Positions 29,184-37,418 of a stretch of DNA of 37,418 bases are shown piece by piece. Position 1 is the first letter of the stretch; the number at the start of each line of letters is the position of its first letter. The translations under genes were made by a program, and so were the position numbers. The notes under the pieces were generated by a model that saw nothing but the letters and a program-made list of their open reading frames with translations, was not told the DNA's origin and did no database searches. Source of the stretch: Crocinitomicaceae bacterium (lineage in GTDB: Bacteria; Verrucomicrobiota; Verrucomicrobiia; Verrucomicrobiales; Akkermansiaceae); NCBI GenBank assembly GCA_047624385.1, contig JBLHPP010000001.1, positions 1-37,418 on the forward strand. Reading direction: 5' to 3'.

Positions 29184-30608
29184 ATGAAATCAAGTTATCC
29201 CTACTATTTAGCCAGCCGAGCTGTGCACGCTAACGAAAATCTGGAAGTGTTTGATAAATGGACTGGCGTATTGGTCAGTAAGATCGCGATGGCTGATGAG
29301 CAAGCGATCGACCGGGCTATTTCAGCAGCACAGTCCGCAGCTCCAGCTATGGCGGCATTTCCTCCGTACGCACGTCAGGCAGTTTTGCAGCATTGCGTGA
29401 AGCGGTTTGAGGAGAGATATGAGGGACTAGCGATGGCGCTTTGTGTAGAGGCTGGTAAGCCCATCAAGGATAGCAGGACTGAAGTGACACGCTTGATAGA
29501 TACCTTTCGGATTGCTGCAGAAGAAGCGGTTAGAATCCAAGGGGAAGTCCAAGAATTACAAATCTCTGAGAGAACGAAAGGCTACACTGGTATGTGGAAG
29601 CGTGTGCCGATCGGGCCATGTTCGTTCATTTCACCCTTCAATTTCCCGCTTAACTTGGCGGCGCACAAGATCGCTCCAGCTATCGCTGCCGGCTGCCCAT
29701 TTATCCTCAAACCAGCGAGCCTCACACCTGTGGGAGCTATCCTGATTGGCGAGGTACTGGCCGAAACTGATCTTCCCGAGGGTGCCTTCTCCATTCTGCC
29801 ATGCAGAAGGGAAGGAGCTGAACTTTTCACTGTCGATGAGCGACTCAAACTCTTGAGCTTTACTGGGTCACCTGGTGTTGGTTGGGACCTGAAGTCCAAG
29901 GCTGGTAAAAAGAAAGTGGTGTTAGAGCTAGGGGGGAATGCGGCATGTATCGTCGATCATGATGCGGACATTGAGGATGCCGTCGCTCGCATAATCGTCG
30001 GTGCATTCTATCAATCTGGCCAATCCTGTATCAGCGTCCAGCGCGTAATCATTCACCAAAGTCTCTATTCTAAATTCGTCACTGCTTTCGTCGATGCTAC
30101 GAAGCAACTGGTTTGTGGTGACCCAAAACAAGAGGAAACCTTTATCGGCCCGATGATTTCTGAGAAAGAAGCCACGCGGCTATCGGGATGGATTGATGAG
30201 GCAGTTCTGAATGGCGCACGATTACTCACAGGCGGAGAGCGTGATGGTGCTATGCTGAGTCCTGCCATCTTAGAAAACGTGTCTAAGCAATCAACGCTAT
30301 ACCGAGAGGAGGCCTTTGGGCCAGCAGTAATACTGAGTAGCTTTGATGACTTTGATGGGGCGCTAGAGGAGGTGAATGATAGCAGGTTTGGCCTGCAGGC
30401 GGGCATCTTCACCCGCGATATCTACAAGGCTCACAAAGCGTGGGATACCCTAGAGGTCGGTGGCGTGGTGATAGGCGATGTCCCTTCCTGGAGGGTCGAT
30501 AATATGCCGTACGGTGGCGTGAAGGACTCAGGACTAGGCCGAGAAGGAATTCGCTTCGCCATCGAAGATATGACAGAGATTCGTAATCTCATTATCCGTA
30601 AGCCATAG
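29184..30608 (+). CDS. Aldehyde dehydrogenase (ALDH21/RNP123-like, possible succinic semialdehyde dehydrogenase)
   Basis: SPFNFPLNL, FTGS, LELGGNA, QSGQSCIS (catalytic Cys), EAFGP, RVDNMPYGGVKDSG.GREG. Start at 29184 preferred. Confidence 0.9.
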   Translation: MKSSYPYYLASRAVHANENLEVFDKWTGVLVSKIAMADEQAIDRAISAAQSAAPAMAAFPPYARQAVLQHCVKRFEERYEGLAMALCVEAGKPIKDSRTEVTRLIDTFRIAAEEAVRIQGEVQELQISERTKGYTGMWKRVPIGPCSFISPFNFPLNLAAHKIAPAIAAGCPFILKPASLTPVGAILIGEVLAETDLPEGAFSILPCRREGAELFTVDERLKLLSFTGSPGVGWDLKSKAGKKKVVLELGGNAACIVDHDADIEDAVARIIVGAFYQSGQSCISVQRVIIHQSLYSKFVTAFVDATKQLVCGDPKQEETFIGPMISEKEATRLSGWIDEAVLNGARLLTGGERDGAMLSPAILENVSKQSTLYREEAFGPAVILSSFDDFDGALEEVNDSRFGLQAGIFTRDIYKAHKAWDTLEVGGVVIGDVPSWRVDNMPYGGVKDSGLGREGIRFAIEDMTEIRNLIIRKP

Positions 30609-30673
30609 GAGGAAGTAGTGGACCAACAGATTGTGGGTAGACACTGGTTGCTGGATAATGTTATTCAGAACTC

Positions 30674-32020
30674 ATGCGTTTATTTTGTTTCTACTTAATC
30701 TTTTGTATTTCAGCTCTAGGAAATGGTGGTGGATACCGGCATGGAGTCGGTTTTACGGGCGGAATTGCACCATTCACGGCTGAAGGTACCGAGTATGTGC
30801 AAATCGTAGATGAAAAGTTAGATATCGATCTCTACCCTGAGTATGCCGAGGTGAAAGTGCGCTACCACATGAAAAATGTGAGCAAGAAGGCGGTGTCCGT
30901 GAAGTTCGGTTTTCCGGTGGAGGACTCAAAGGATGAATGGGACTTTCACTTAGAAGAAAAAAAGCCAGTCACAAAGCTGAGCCCCAGGTACTGCCGTGAT
31001 TATTCTGTTCGGCTAAGAGGCAAATCTTTGAAATATGTTTACGAGCTTGAGCCCTTTGCATCCGGAAAAGTAAAGCCATTCAAAGGTGCTGAGGTTCTTG
31101 TTGGAATTGAGGGATGGATGGTGAGTAAGATGCGGCTCGCTGCTGAGGAGCTGATTGTTTTAGAGATCTCTTACAAATCAATGTATGACTACTCGGCATT
31201 TTCTATTAGTAGCGATGGCACGGTCGGGCCATGGATATTCAAGTACCGTTTCTCAAGTGGAGCAATTTGGCATGGACCTATCAAGAATGGGGTTGTGACT
31301 ATTCGCAATAAAGGCTGCGACCCTAAAGATGTTCTAATCACGACTCCCGTGAATATTTTCAAAAAAGACGGTGAGAGCTACTTCTGGAATTTTTCAAACC
31401 TCGAACCCACCCTTGCTGATGATTTGAATGTAGCTGTTAGATCTGGATTTTCTCATCACTACAAGCATGGGGGATCCGGGCCTGACTCAGATGCTGACCC
31501 TAGATATAATGAATATATTAGCCATAATGCAATATTCTACGATGCTGATGCGGACTATAGAGTAACGGCGAGCTCTGAACTGAAACCTGAAAAAAATCTC
31601 AATTATAAGGCTCAAAATGTTTCACCGATGCATATAGACGGTAAAGATTACGCATGGGCTGAAGGAGCTGCCAGTGAAGGTGTTGGTGAGAGTGTCACAC
31701 TCACATTGGATAAGCCGTCTCCAGTTTCAGCCATTTTAGTTAGTAATGGATATGGCAAGAGCGAGGCTTCTTTTAAAGAAAATTGTCGCGTGGCTGACTG
31801 TACTCTCATTATCAATGGTAAGCACAAGATTAAGCATCGCTTGTACGATTACTCGAGCGAGCAAATTCTATCGCTTGAAACCTTCAAAGGTAAGGTGGAG
31901 ACGATTTCACTGGTGATAGATTCTGTTCACGCAGGCAGCAAGTATAAGGACTGTTGTGTGTCTGAAATAGTAATTTTGCATAAGCTCAAGAAAGAACCTA
32001 AGCGCTATGGTGCACGTTAG
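30674..32020 (+). CDS. Secreted protein with DUF4424-like N-terminal domain and C-terminal discoidin-like (NADase-type glycan-binding) domain
   Basis: Signal peptide ending ALG-N; EKLDIDL..V.VRY.MKN..VKFGFP, Y.FSSGAIW.GPI, W.FSNLEP; C-terminal VTASSEL..AWAEG..GVGE..NGYGKS..ENCRV..GSKYKDCCVSEI. Confidence 0.65.
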   Translation: MRLFCFYLIFCISALGNGGGYRHGVGFTGGIAPFTAEGTEYVQIVDEKLDIDLYPEYAEVKVRYHMKNVSKKAVSVKFGFPVEDSKDEWDFHLEEKKPVTKLSPRYCRDYSVRLRGKSLKYVYELEPFASGKVKPFKGAEVLVGIEGWMVSKMRLAAEELIVLEISYKSMYDYSAFSISSDGTVGPWIFKYRFSSGAIWHGPIKNGVVTIRNKGCDPKDVLITTPVNIFKKDGESYFWNFSNLEPTLADDLNVAVRSGFSHHYKHGGSGPDSDADPRYNEYISHNAIFYDADADYRVTASSELKPEKNLNYKAQNVSPMHIDGKDYAWAEGAASEGVGESVTLTLDKPSPVSAILVSNGYGKSEASFKENCRVADCTLIINGKHKIKHRLYDYSSEQILSLETFKGKVETISLVIDSVHAGSKYKDCCVSEIVILHKLKKEPKRYGAR

Positions 32021-34547
32021 TCTTTTAACGGCATTATTACTTCTTTGGACCTCGGTAATTGCTAGACAATTACCCATTTACTTCGAAGACAGTCACGCTG
32101 GTAGTTTCGAGTTCTTTGCTCAGCATCTTGAGCTTGATGAGGTTCACACTCTGGTTCTTTTTGATGCCCATTCGGACGCGTCATCTATAGCGGACAGTGA
32201 CTCGATTCGTCAGGCGATTCGGAGAGTTAGATCTAATGAAGATAGGGCAAGTGTGCTACAGAAATATCGAACTACTGGGGTGATTCAGCCATTCAACTGG
32301 ATAGAGCCCTTGATGCCAAATCCCTTCACTCGAGTTATCTGGGTTCCTGGTGACGGGTTCTCGCAAAAGCGGCTGAAGGGCTTGGAGTTAGAAGCGCGGA
32401 TTCATCTCGATTGGAAATCTGAGCTAAACCCGAGAACCGCTGGTGAGCTGGGGCCAAAGTTTGAGGTAGTGAATTTTTCTGATCTAAAGTTGATGGATCT
32501 TGCTGGCAAGACAGCAGTGAGTATCGACCTAGATATTTATGCTCAGGAAAATGTGCCGGAGGATGCATTCTACGATTATTGGGCGTGGGTGCTGTCGGTA
32601 CCACAGCTAAAAGCTATCAGTTTTGCTATATCGAGACCATGGCTGGAATCCGATTCACAGGGCTGCCGATTACTCCAGCTGGCGCTTGATCGTTCATTAG
32701 CCATCCAGAATTCTGAGCTTATATTTGAGCCATTTAAGAATGATGAAATTGACCGTTCGGAAAAGGCGAAAGGGTTCTACCAGCGAGGAGAGAATGTGCC
32801 ACGTTTTGATCTCTCAACAGTCCCTACGAGTTTACGTGAGGTGTTGGTGAGGAATAGCGATAGGATTTCAGTCAGCTATGAAACTGAACGTTGGCAGGCA
32901 TTAATCGATAAATGGAAGGGCCAGCTAACTGGAGCTAGCCTTAACATTCCAGAGCATCAGAAATCGATTGATGGAGCATGGAGAATGTCGACTGAAAATC
33001 TAGGAGATGTCTGGCTTAAGTCTAAGCACCCACCAAAGTCAGTTAAGTGGTATGTGCTCAGGCCTGAATCAATGGTGCATAATCTAGTGCCTGAATTGAA
33101 ATTCGGGAAGATTTTTACTGGTGGTGCTTCGAGTTTTGTGTCGCTACGGAAAGAATGGATTGCGACGACTGAGGAGCCAGCCTTGGGTCATAGAGTATGG
33201 GGGAAACAGCTACCTTGGAAAGAGTCGGCTGGCATTGTCAGACTACAGGCTGAAGCCATTTACGAAGATCATTCTGAAATTACAGCAATGCTAGAAATTC
33301 GAGTGCGTTATGGTACAGGGTTTCGTGGAGCTCTGAGTGAACAATTTGGTTCTCCCTATGTATTTGGGATTGGAAAGCTTCAATCGAATGGTGAGAAGGC
33401 GGGTGAAACTCTGATAGGAAATGATTGCGCAAATTTCCTAGTCTATGCCTGGCGTCAGGTAGGTGGGCGGTTGAAGTGGGGGAATCCATACCAACTCACT
33501 AGGCAACTAACGCTTCTCTCTACGAATTGTAGCTCCGCCTCACGCGTGCATATCGAACCCGCGATTATTGATAGTGGGGTTGCAATCGATTTCGGGTCGC
33601 ACATTACAGCTCTCTGGCAGGATAGAGGAGAAATGGGGGTTATTGACCCACAAGATTTGATTATTCATCACCTAAGTGGTGAGCCAGAGGTGGTAACTTT
33701 GGAGCAAATGCTGAAGAAATATAGTCGTTATAAAGTCTTCACTTTACCTGTGGAGACTGACTCTCTGACGGTTCGAGTAGGTGGAGATGTGAACCTTACT
33801 GGGCATGAGATAAAAATATTTTCAGCTGCCATGCGAAATAAACTACAGTCTGCAGATTATTCTGTAATCAATTTGGAATGTGTTTTGGCTGACTCTGTGG
33901 ATGGAGGAGCTAGTAAACCATTTTCATTTATAGCTCCGACATCGCGGCTCTCATTGTTAGAAGTCGCTGGTGTGGATGCAGTCAATTTAGCAAATAATCA
34001 CGCCTATGATGGTGGTATTGGAGGTCATGATTCAACACTCGATACTTTAGCTAAATCTAAAATCGAAAGTGTTGGGAGCCAAGGGGAGTCTCACGATGGC
34101 ACGCAGTTAGTTGAGATCCGTGGGAGGAAGTTCGGGCTGCTAAGTTTCAATGCGGTTCTAAGTAGGGATGACCCGCCTGACACTCGAATACTCCAGTACC
34201 CGAGAGATGAAAATGCTATAGAAAGTTCCATCAGTAAGTTGAGAAAGAGCTGCGATATTGTCATTATTTTGCCACACTGGGGGAGTGAATATATTCGAGT
34301 CGTGACTGACGGTCAACGGTCTGTAGCTCGATGGTTGGTCAGGAGTGGTGCTGATGTAGTGGTCGGGAGTCATCCACATATTCGGCAAGCTATAGAATAT
34401 TATCGAGGAGTGCCTATAGTTTATTCTTTGGGAAATTTGTATTTCCCTAATCGAGGACCAGCAGGCTTCAATGATTATCAATTGCTAGATATACAGATTT
34501 CGACTACTTCAAGACAAGTTAAGGTGAACTGGTCAGTAAGTGAATAG
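32007..34547 (+). CDS. Secreted multidomain protein: UPF0489/ureohydrolase-like + NlpC/P60-like + CapA (PGA_cap) metallophosphatase
   Basis: Hydrophobic N-terminus; DAHSD (aa 53-57) and SIDLD (172-176); PYVFG..GNDCANF (C474), H532, H554/555; CapA motifs GDVNL, NLE, LANNHAYD, HWGSEY, GSHPH, YSLGN. Confidence 0.72.
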   Translation: MVHVSLLTALLLLWTSVIARQLPIYFEDSHAGSFEFFAQHLELDEVHTLVLFDAHSDASSIADSDSIRQAIRRVRSNEDRASVLQKYRTTGVIQPFNWIEPLMPNPFTRVIWVPGDGFSQKRLKGLELEARIHLDWKSELNPRTAGELGPKFEVVNFSDLKLMDLAGKTAVSIDLDIYAQENVPEDAFYDYWAWVLSVPQLKAISFAISRPWLESDSQGCRLLQLALDRSLAIQNSELIFEPFKNDEIDRSEKAKGFYQRGENVPRFDLSTVPTSLREVLVRNSDRISVSYETERWQALIDKWKGQLTGASLNIPEHQKSIDGAWRMSTENLGDVWLKSKHPPKSVKWYVLRPESMVHNLVPELKFGKIFTGGASSFVSLRKEWIATTEEPALGHRVWGKQLPWKESAGIVRLQAEAIYEDHSEITAMLEIRVRYGTGFRGALSEQFGSPYVFGIGKLQSNGEKAGETLIGNDCANFLVYAWRQVGGRLKWGNPYQLTRQLTLLSTNCSSASRVHIEPAIIDSGVAIDFGSHITALWQDRGEMGVIDPQDLIIHHLSGEPEVVTLEQMLKKYSRYKVFTLPVETDSLTVRVGGDVNLTGHEIKIFSAAMRNKLQSADYSVINLECVLADSVDGGASKPFSFIAPTSRLSLLEVAGVDAVNLANNHAYDGGIGGHDSTLDTLAKSKIESVGSQGESHDGTQLVEIRGRKFGLLSFNAVLSRDDPPDTRILQYPRDENAIESSISKLRKSCDIVIILPHWGSEYIRVVTDGQRSVARWLVRSGADVVVGSHPHIRQAIEYYRGVPIVYSLGNLYFPNRGPAGFNDYQLLDIQISTTSRQVKVNWSVSE

Positions 34548-34862
34548 ATTACATGGCTCGGCTGGGATGGCTGCGGACTGGAAAGATTTAGCTGTAAGCA
34601 TTGATGCAAGATTGAAGGCCTGTTGTGCGATGCCGATTAGTAACTTTGGTTCGTTATTCAATAATGAAGTGCAGAATGGCCTATTGGTTTGTTTAGAAAA
34701 AGTAGCTGGCTCAGAACTCTTGATTGTAGGCGGAGTGACACAAATCTTTAAAAAATGGCTTAATTATCAACACATTGGACTTGTCGTGAGCGGGTGGCTG
34801 AGGTACGAGACTTGCCTCGCTGCCATTCCGAACAGGGGAGTGAGTCAATAAATATCATAATT

Positions 34863-36407
34863 ATGGCAATTCAACGCGCGCTACTCTCAGTTTCTGATAA
34901 GACCGGCTTGGTCGAATTCGCGAAAGGACTCCACGAATTTGGAGTTGAGCTACTCTCGACAGGCGGTACAGCTGCCACCCTACGTGACGCTGGTCTTCCA
35001 GTGATCGATGTTTCCACCTTTACTGGAGCGCCCGAGCTTTTCGAAGGTCGCGTCAAGACACTTCACCCGAAGGTACATGGCGGTCTGCTGCATAAGCGCG
35101 ATGATGAACTTCATCTCTCCCAGGCGAAGGAGCATGATATTCCAGCAATCGACTTAGTCGTGGTTAATCTCTACCCATTTGAGCAAACAATCGCGCGTGA
35201 AGACGTGACTTTGGAAGAGGCTATCGAAAATATTGATATCGGTGGACCATCGATGCTTCGTTCGGCAGCTAAGAACTACAAGAGCGTGACGGTGGTGACT
35301 GACGCTAGTGACTACGATCGTGTGTTAGCTGAGATGGCTGACCATGCTGGTGATACTACTTTCAAGCTTCGCGAGGAACTTTCAGTTAAAGTCTTCCTCC
35401 GAACTTCAGCTTATGATGGGGCAATAACAAACTACCTCAGCCAAGCGGCAGAGGGGACTCGTTCTTCCTTTAGTATAACGCTGCCGCTTGACCATGAACT
35501 ACGTTACGGTGACAACCCACACCAGAAGGCTAGCATCTACGGCAACTTCGGTGGTTGCTTCACTCAGCTCCAAGGTAAAGAACTAAGCTACACAAACGTC
35601 CTCGATATCGAGGCAGCTGCGGATCTTATTTTCGACTTTCGTCGTCCAACTGTTGGTATCCTCAAGCACACGAATCCTTGTGGTGTTGGTCAGGATGATG
35701 AAGACCTCCGCGTTGCTTGGCAGCGTGCGTTTGAAACTGACACACAGGCACCGTTTGGTGGTGTCATTGTTGTGAATCGTCCGCTCACTGAGAGCTTGGC
35801 ACGTGTTATTTCCACTATCTTCACGGATGTTATCATCGCTCCTGATTTTGAAACAGAAGCCCGTGCTATTCTTCAGAAGAAGAAAAATCTACGGCTCATC
35901 AAAATAAACATTGAAGCGTATACTGTGGCAAAAAAAGAGCCACTCATCCGTTCTTCTCCAGGCGGCCTAATGGTTGTAGACCGTGATCACTCAGTCCTCG
36001 GACTCGATAATCTTGAAGAGCGTGTGGTGACTAAACGTCCACCATCGGAAGAAGAAATGCGTGCAATGCGATTTGCTTGGAGAGTGGTAAAGCATGTTAA
36101 ATCTAATGCGATTGTTTACGCAAAGTCCGACCGCACACTCGGTGTTGGCGCAGGTCAAATGAGCCGCGTGGATTCCTCCCGTATCGCAGTTTGGAAAGCT
36201 AAAGAAGCTGGCCTTTCTCTTGAGAATTCGGTGATGGCTTCTGACGCAATGCTACCATTTGCTGATGGACTAGAAGCTGCGATTGAAGCTGGAGCCACTG
36301 CATGCATTCAGCCTGGTGGATCGATCCGCGACGAAGAAGTGATAGCAGCTGCAGATGCCGCTGGTATCGCAATGATCTTCACTGGCCACCGCCACTTCCG
36401 ACATTAA
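34863..36407 (+). CDS. purH: Bifunctional AICAR transformylase / IMP cyclohydrolase
   Basis: RALLSVSDKTG, STGGT, GRVKTLHP, IDIGGP, LRYGDNPHQ, KHTNPCG, HVKSNA, GQMSRVDS, IQPGGS, RHFRH. Start at 34863 preferred. Confidence 0.97.
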   Translation: MAIQRALLSVSDKTGLVEFAKGLHEFGVELLSTGGTAATLRDAGLPVIDVSTFTGAPELFEGRVKTLHPKVHGGLLHKRDDELHLSQAKEHDIPAIDLVVVNLYPFEQTIAREDVTLEEAIENIDIGGPSMLRSAAKNYKSVTVVTDASDYDRVLAEMADHAGDTTFKLREELSVKVFLRTSAYDGAITNYLSQAAEGTRSSFSITLPLDHELRYGDNPHQKASIYGNFGGCFTQLQGKELSYTNVLDIEAAADLIFDFRRPTVGILKHTNPCGVGQDDEDLRVAWQRAFETDTQAPFGGVIVVNRPLTESLARVISTIFTDVIIAPDFETEARAILQKKKNLRLIKINIEAYTVAKKEPLIRSSPGGLMVVDRDHSVLGLDNLEERVVTKRPPSEEEMRAMRFAWRVVKHVKSNAIVYAKSDRTLGVGAGQMSRVDSSRIAVWKAKEAGLSLENSVMASDAMLPFADGLEAAIEAGATACIQPGGSIRDEEVIAAADAAGIAMIFTGHRHFRH

Positions 36408-36579
36408 GTGGTGGGATTTTGAAGCTAGTAGCTAGAATCGAGAATTTAGTAGTTAGCTTGAAATCTCAGTATTTTTTAAAAAATTAGCGCTAGATTTTTG
36501 TTAGGTTCTGGCGTCTATGGTTGGAGTTCTGTGGGGATTTACTATCTTCTTTATGGAGCTAAGGGAGGTAGCCTAAGCT

Positions 36580-36738
36580 CTTGTATTCCCATGCAGCGAC
36601 GTATGAGAACTCCTTGTCGTTACGTAGTGCTTCACCTGCCTGAGTGACGCCAGAGGTGTCTTCTGGGAACTCATTAGTAAACTGGTGCTCAGCTCGGAAG
36701 TGACCACCACAGGACTCTTCACGGTTGAGAGCGTCACA
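36580..36738 (-). pseudogene. sdhA: Isolated C-terminal-region fragment of succinate dehydrogenase/fumarate reductase flavoprotein
   Basis: Translates as [19 protein letters not shown]...[19 protein letters not shown], the R.ES.G.H.R motif of the SdhA/FrdA C-terminal domain; flanking residues are unrelated. Confidence 0.8.
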
Positions 36739-37034
36739 GTAAGTCTCAGAGAGGTAAAAAGAAAACTTACCCAAAATGAAATATGGCTAAGCATAAAATC
36801 TAGCCAAGGTTTTTTAAGATAAATTACCAGAACTCGAAGATTCCCCACATTGGAAAAAGTTAGTCCCTATTAAGCTTGAATCGATTACTCATAAAGGAGC
36901 TGATGAAACTTTATGTTAGGCCTCAACTAGAATCACTAGTCACACAATATTTGCATTAGAGTTAAATCGACAGGAAATTGAGCATAATAAAGCGTTTGGA
37001 GAATAAAACGATAATGTAGTGTGATTTATTAAAT

Positions 37035-37050
37035 GACCTATATTTAGGGC
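37035..37050. promoter_or_regulatory. Candidate toxin-antitoxin autoregulatory operator
   Basis: GA-CCTA-TATT-TAGG-GC palindrome immediately upstream of the antitoxin ATG. Confidence 0.35.
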
Positions 37051-37054
37051 TGTT

Positions 37055-37351
37055 ATGAATGCTGTATTAAGTCGTTATTCCGCGAGTATCTCTGAGCTTA
37101 AGAAAAATCCAAGTCAACTAATTGTTGAGGCAGAAGGAGAGGCTGTGGCGATTTTGAATCATAATAAGCCTACAGCTTACTTGGTTCCAGCTGAGACTTA
37201 TGAGAGAATGACTGAGCTTTTAGAGGATCTCGAATTGGCGAAAATAGTGCTAGAACGAGAGTCAACTAAGGGGGAAGCAGTCGAAGTTAACTTAGGGGCG
37301 CCTCCGGCAACTAGCGTTGGTGGTGCTGGAAAGAATTTCAAGCGAGGCTAG
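37055..37351 (+). CDS. Type II TA antitoxin, Phd/YefM (StbD-like); C-terminus probably replaced by an inserted repeat
   Basis: ASISELKKNP..GEAVAILNHNKPTAYLVPAETYE..LEDLEL..VEVNL matches StbD/Phd; the last 18 aa are encoded by the repeat. Confidence 0.88.
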   Translation: MNAVLSRYSASISELKKNPSQLIVEAEGEAVAILNHNKPTAYLVPAETYERMTELLEDLELAKIVLERESTKGEAVEVNLGAPPATSVGGAGKNFKRG

Positions 37352-37418
37352 GCGTGATGAGTGAGCGGATTTTTATCCGTGAACGAAGAATAACGCAGCC
37401 TTGCGCAGAAAGGCTTTC
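37293..37418. mobile_element. Second MITE-like element family, truncated by the window end
   Basis: Begins at TA-GGGGCGCCTCCGGCAAC (matches window start in inverted form); nested hairpin GAAAG..GCGAGGCT.GGCGT..CGGAT-TTTT-ATCCG..ACGC-AGCCTTGC..CTTTC; abrupt GC rise relative to the antitoxin gene. Confidence 0.65.

Noticed and set aside
34540-34851. 103-aa ORF upstream of purH
   Set aside because: No recognisable motifs, and it occupies the likely purH promoter region.
34550-34862. Possible ZTP (pfl) riboswitch before purH
   Set aside because: A hairpin exists near 34793-34826, but the GACUGGCG...GCCUGGGC consensus is not present.
1397-36487. Numerous short antisense or alternate-frame ORFs inside long genes
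   Set aside because: Shadow ORFs of well-supported genes; no independent evidence.
36573-36848. 91-aa minus-strand ORF
   Set aside because: Alternative frame over the sdhA relic with no family resemblance.
1-37418. CRISPR array, tRNA/rRNA, transposase, integrase or phage genes
   Set aside because: No regularly spaced repeat-spacer units, cloverleaf or rRNA signatures, or recombinase motifs were seen.

Overview
Bacterial chromosomal segment of moderate GC, mostly housekeeping. Gene style (A-rich start contexts with few Shine-Dalgarno motifs, HupE/UreJ_2 and ThuA-type secreted proteins) suggests Verrucomicrobiota or another PVC-group bacterium; this is an inference. In order: AraC regulator, sulfur assimilation cysJ-cysI-cysH then cysK, stand-alone trpD, two divergent peptide ABC operons (oppA-B-C on the minus strand; yejB-yejE-yejA-like plus oppD-oppF on the plus strand) with unusual extracytoplasmic insertions, rarD, HupE/UreJ-family and ThuA-like genes, putA, a ThDP enzyme plus aldehyde dehydrogenase pair, an accessory two-gene module, purH, an sdhA relic and a Phd/YefM antitoxin interrupted by a repeat element. 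The best candidate for an undescribed system is the module at 30674-34547: a secreted DUF4424-like/discoidin-like protein overlapping an 846-aa secreted protein that appears to fuse ureohydrolase-like (UPF0489), NlpC/P60-like and CapA (PGA_cap) domains. Intergenic DNA holds two inverted 205-bp MITE-like copies, a second MITE-like family at both window ends, REP/REPIN-like palindromes and heptamer arrays. All family assignments come from motif recognition by eye; no searches were run.
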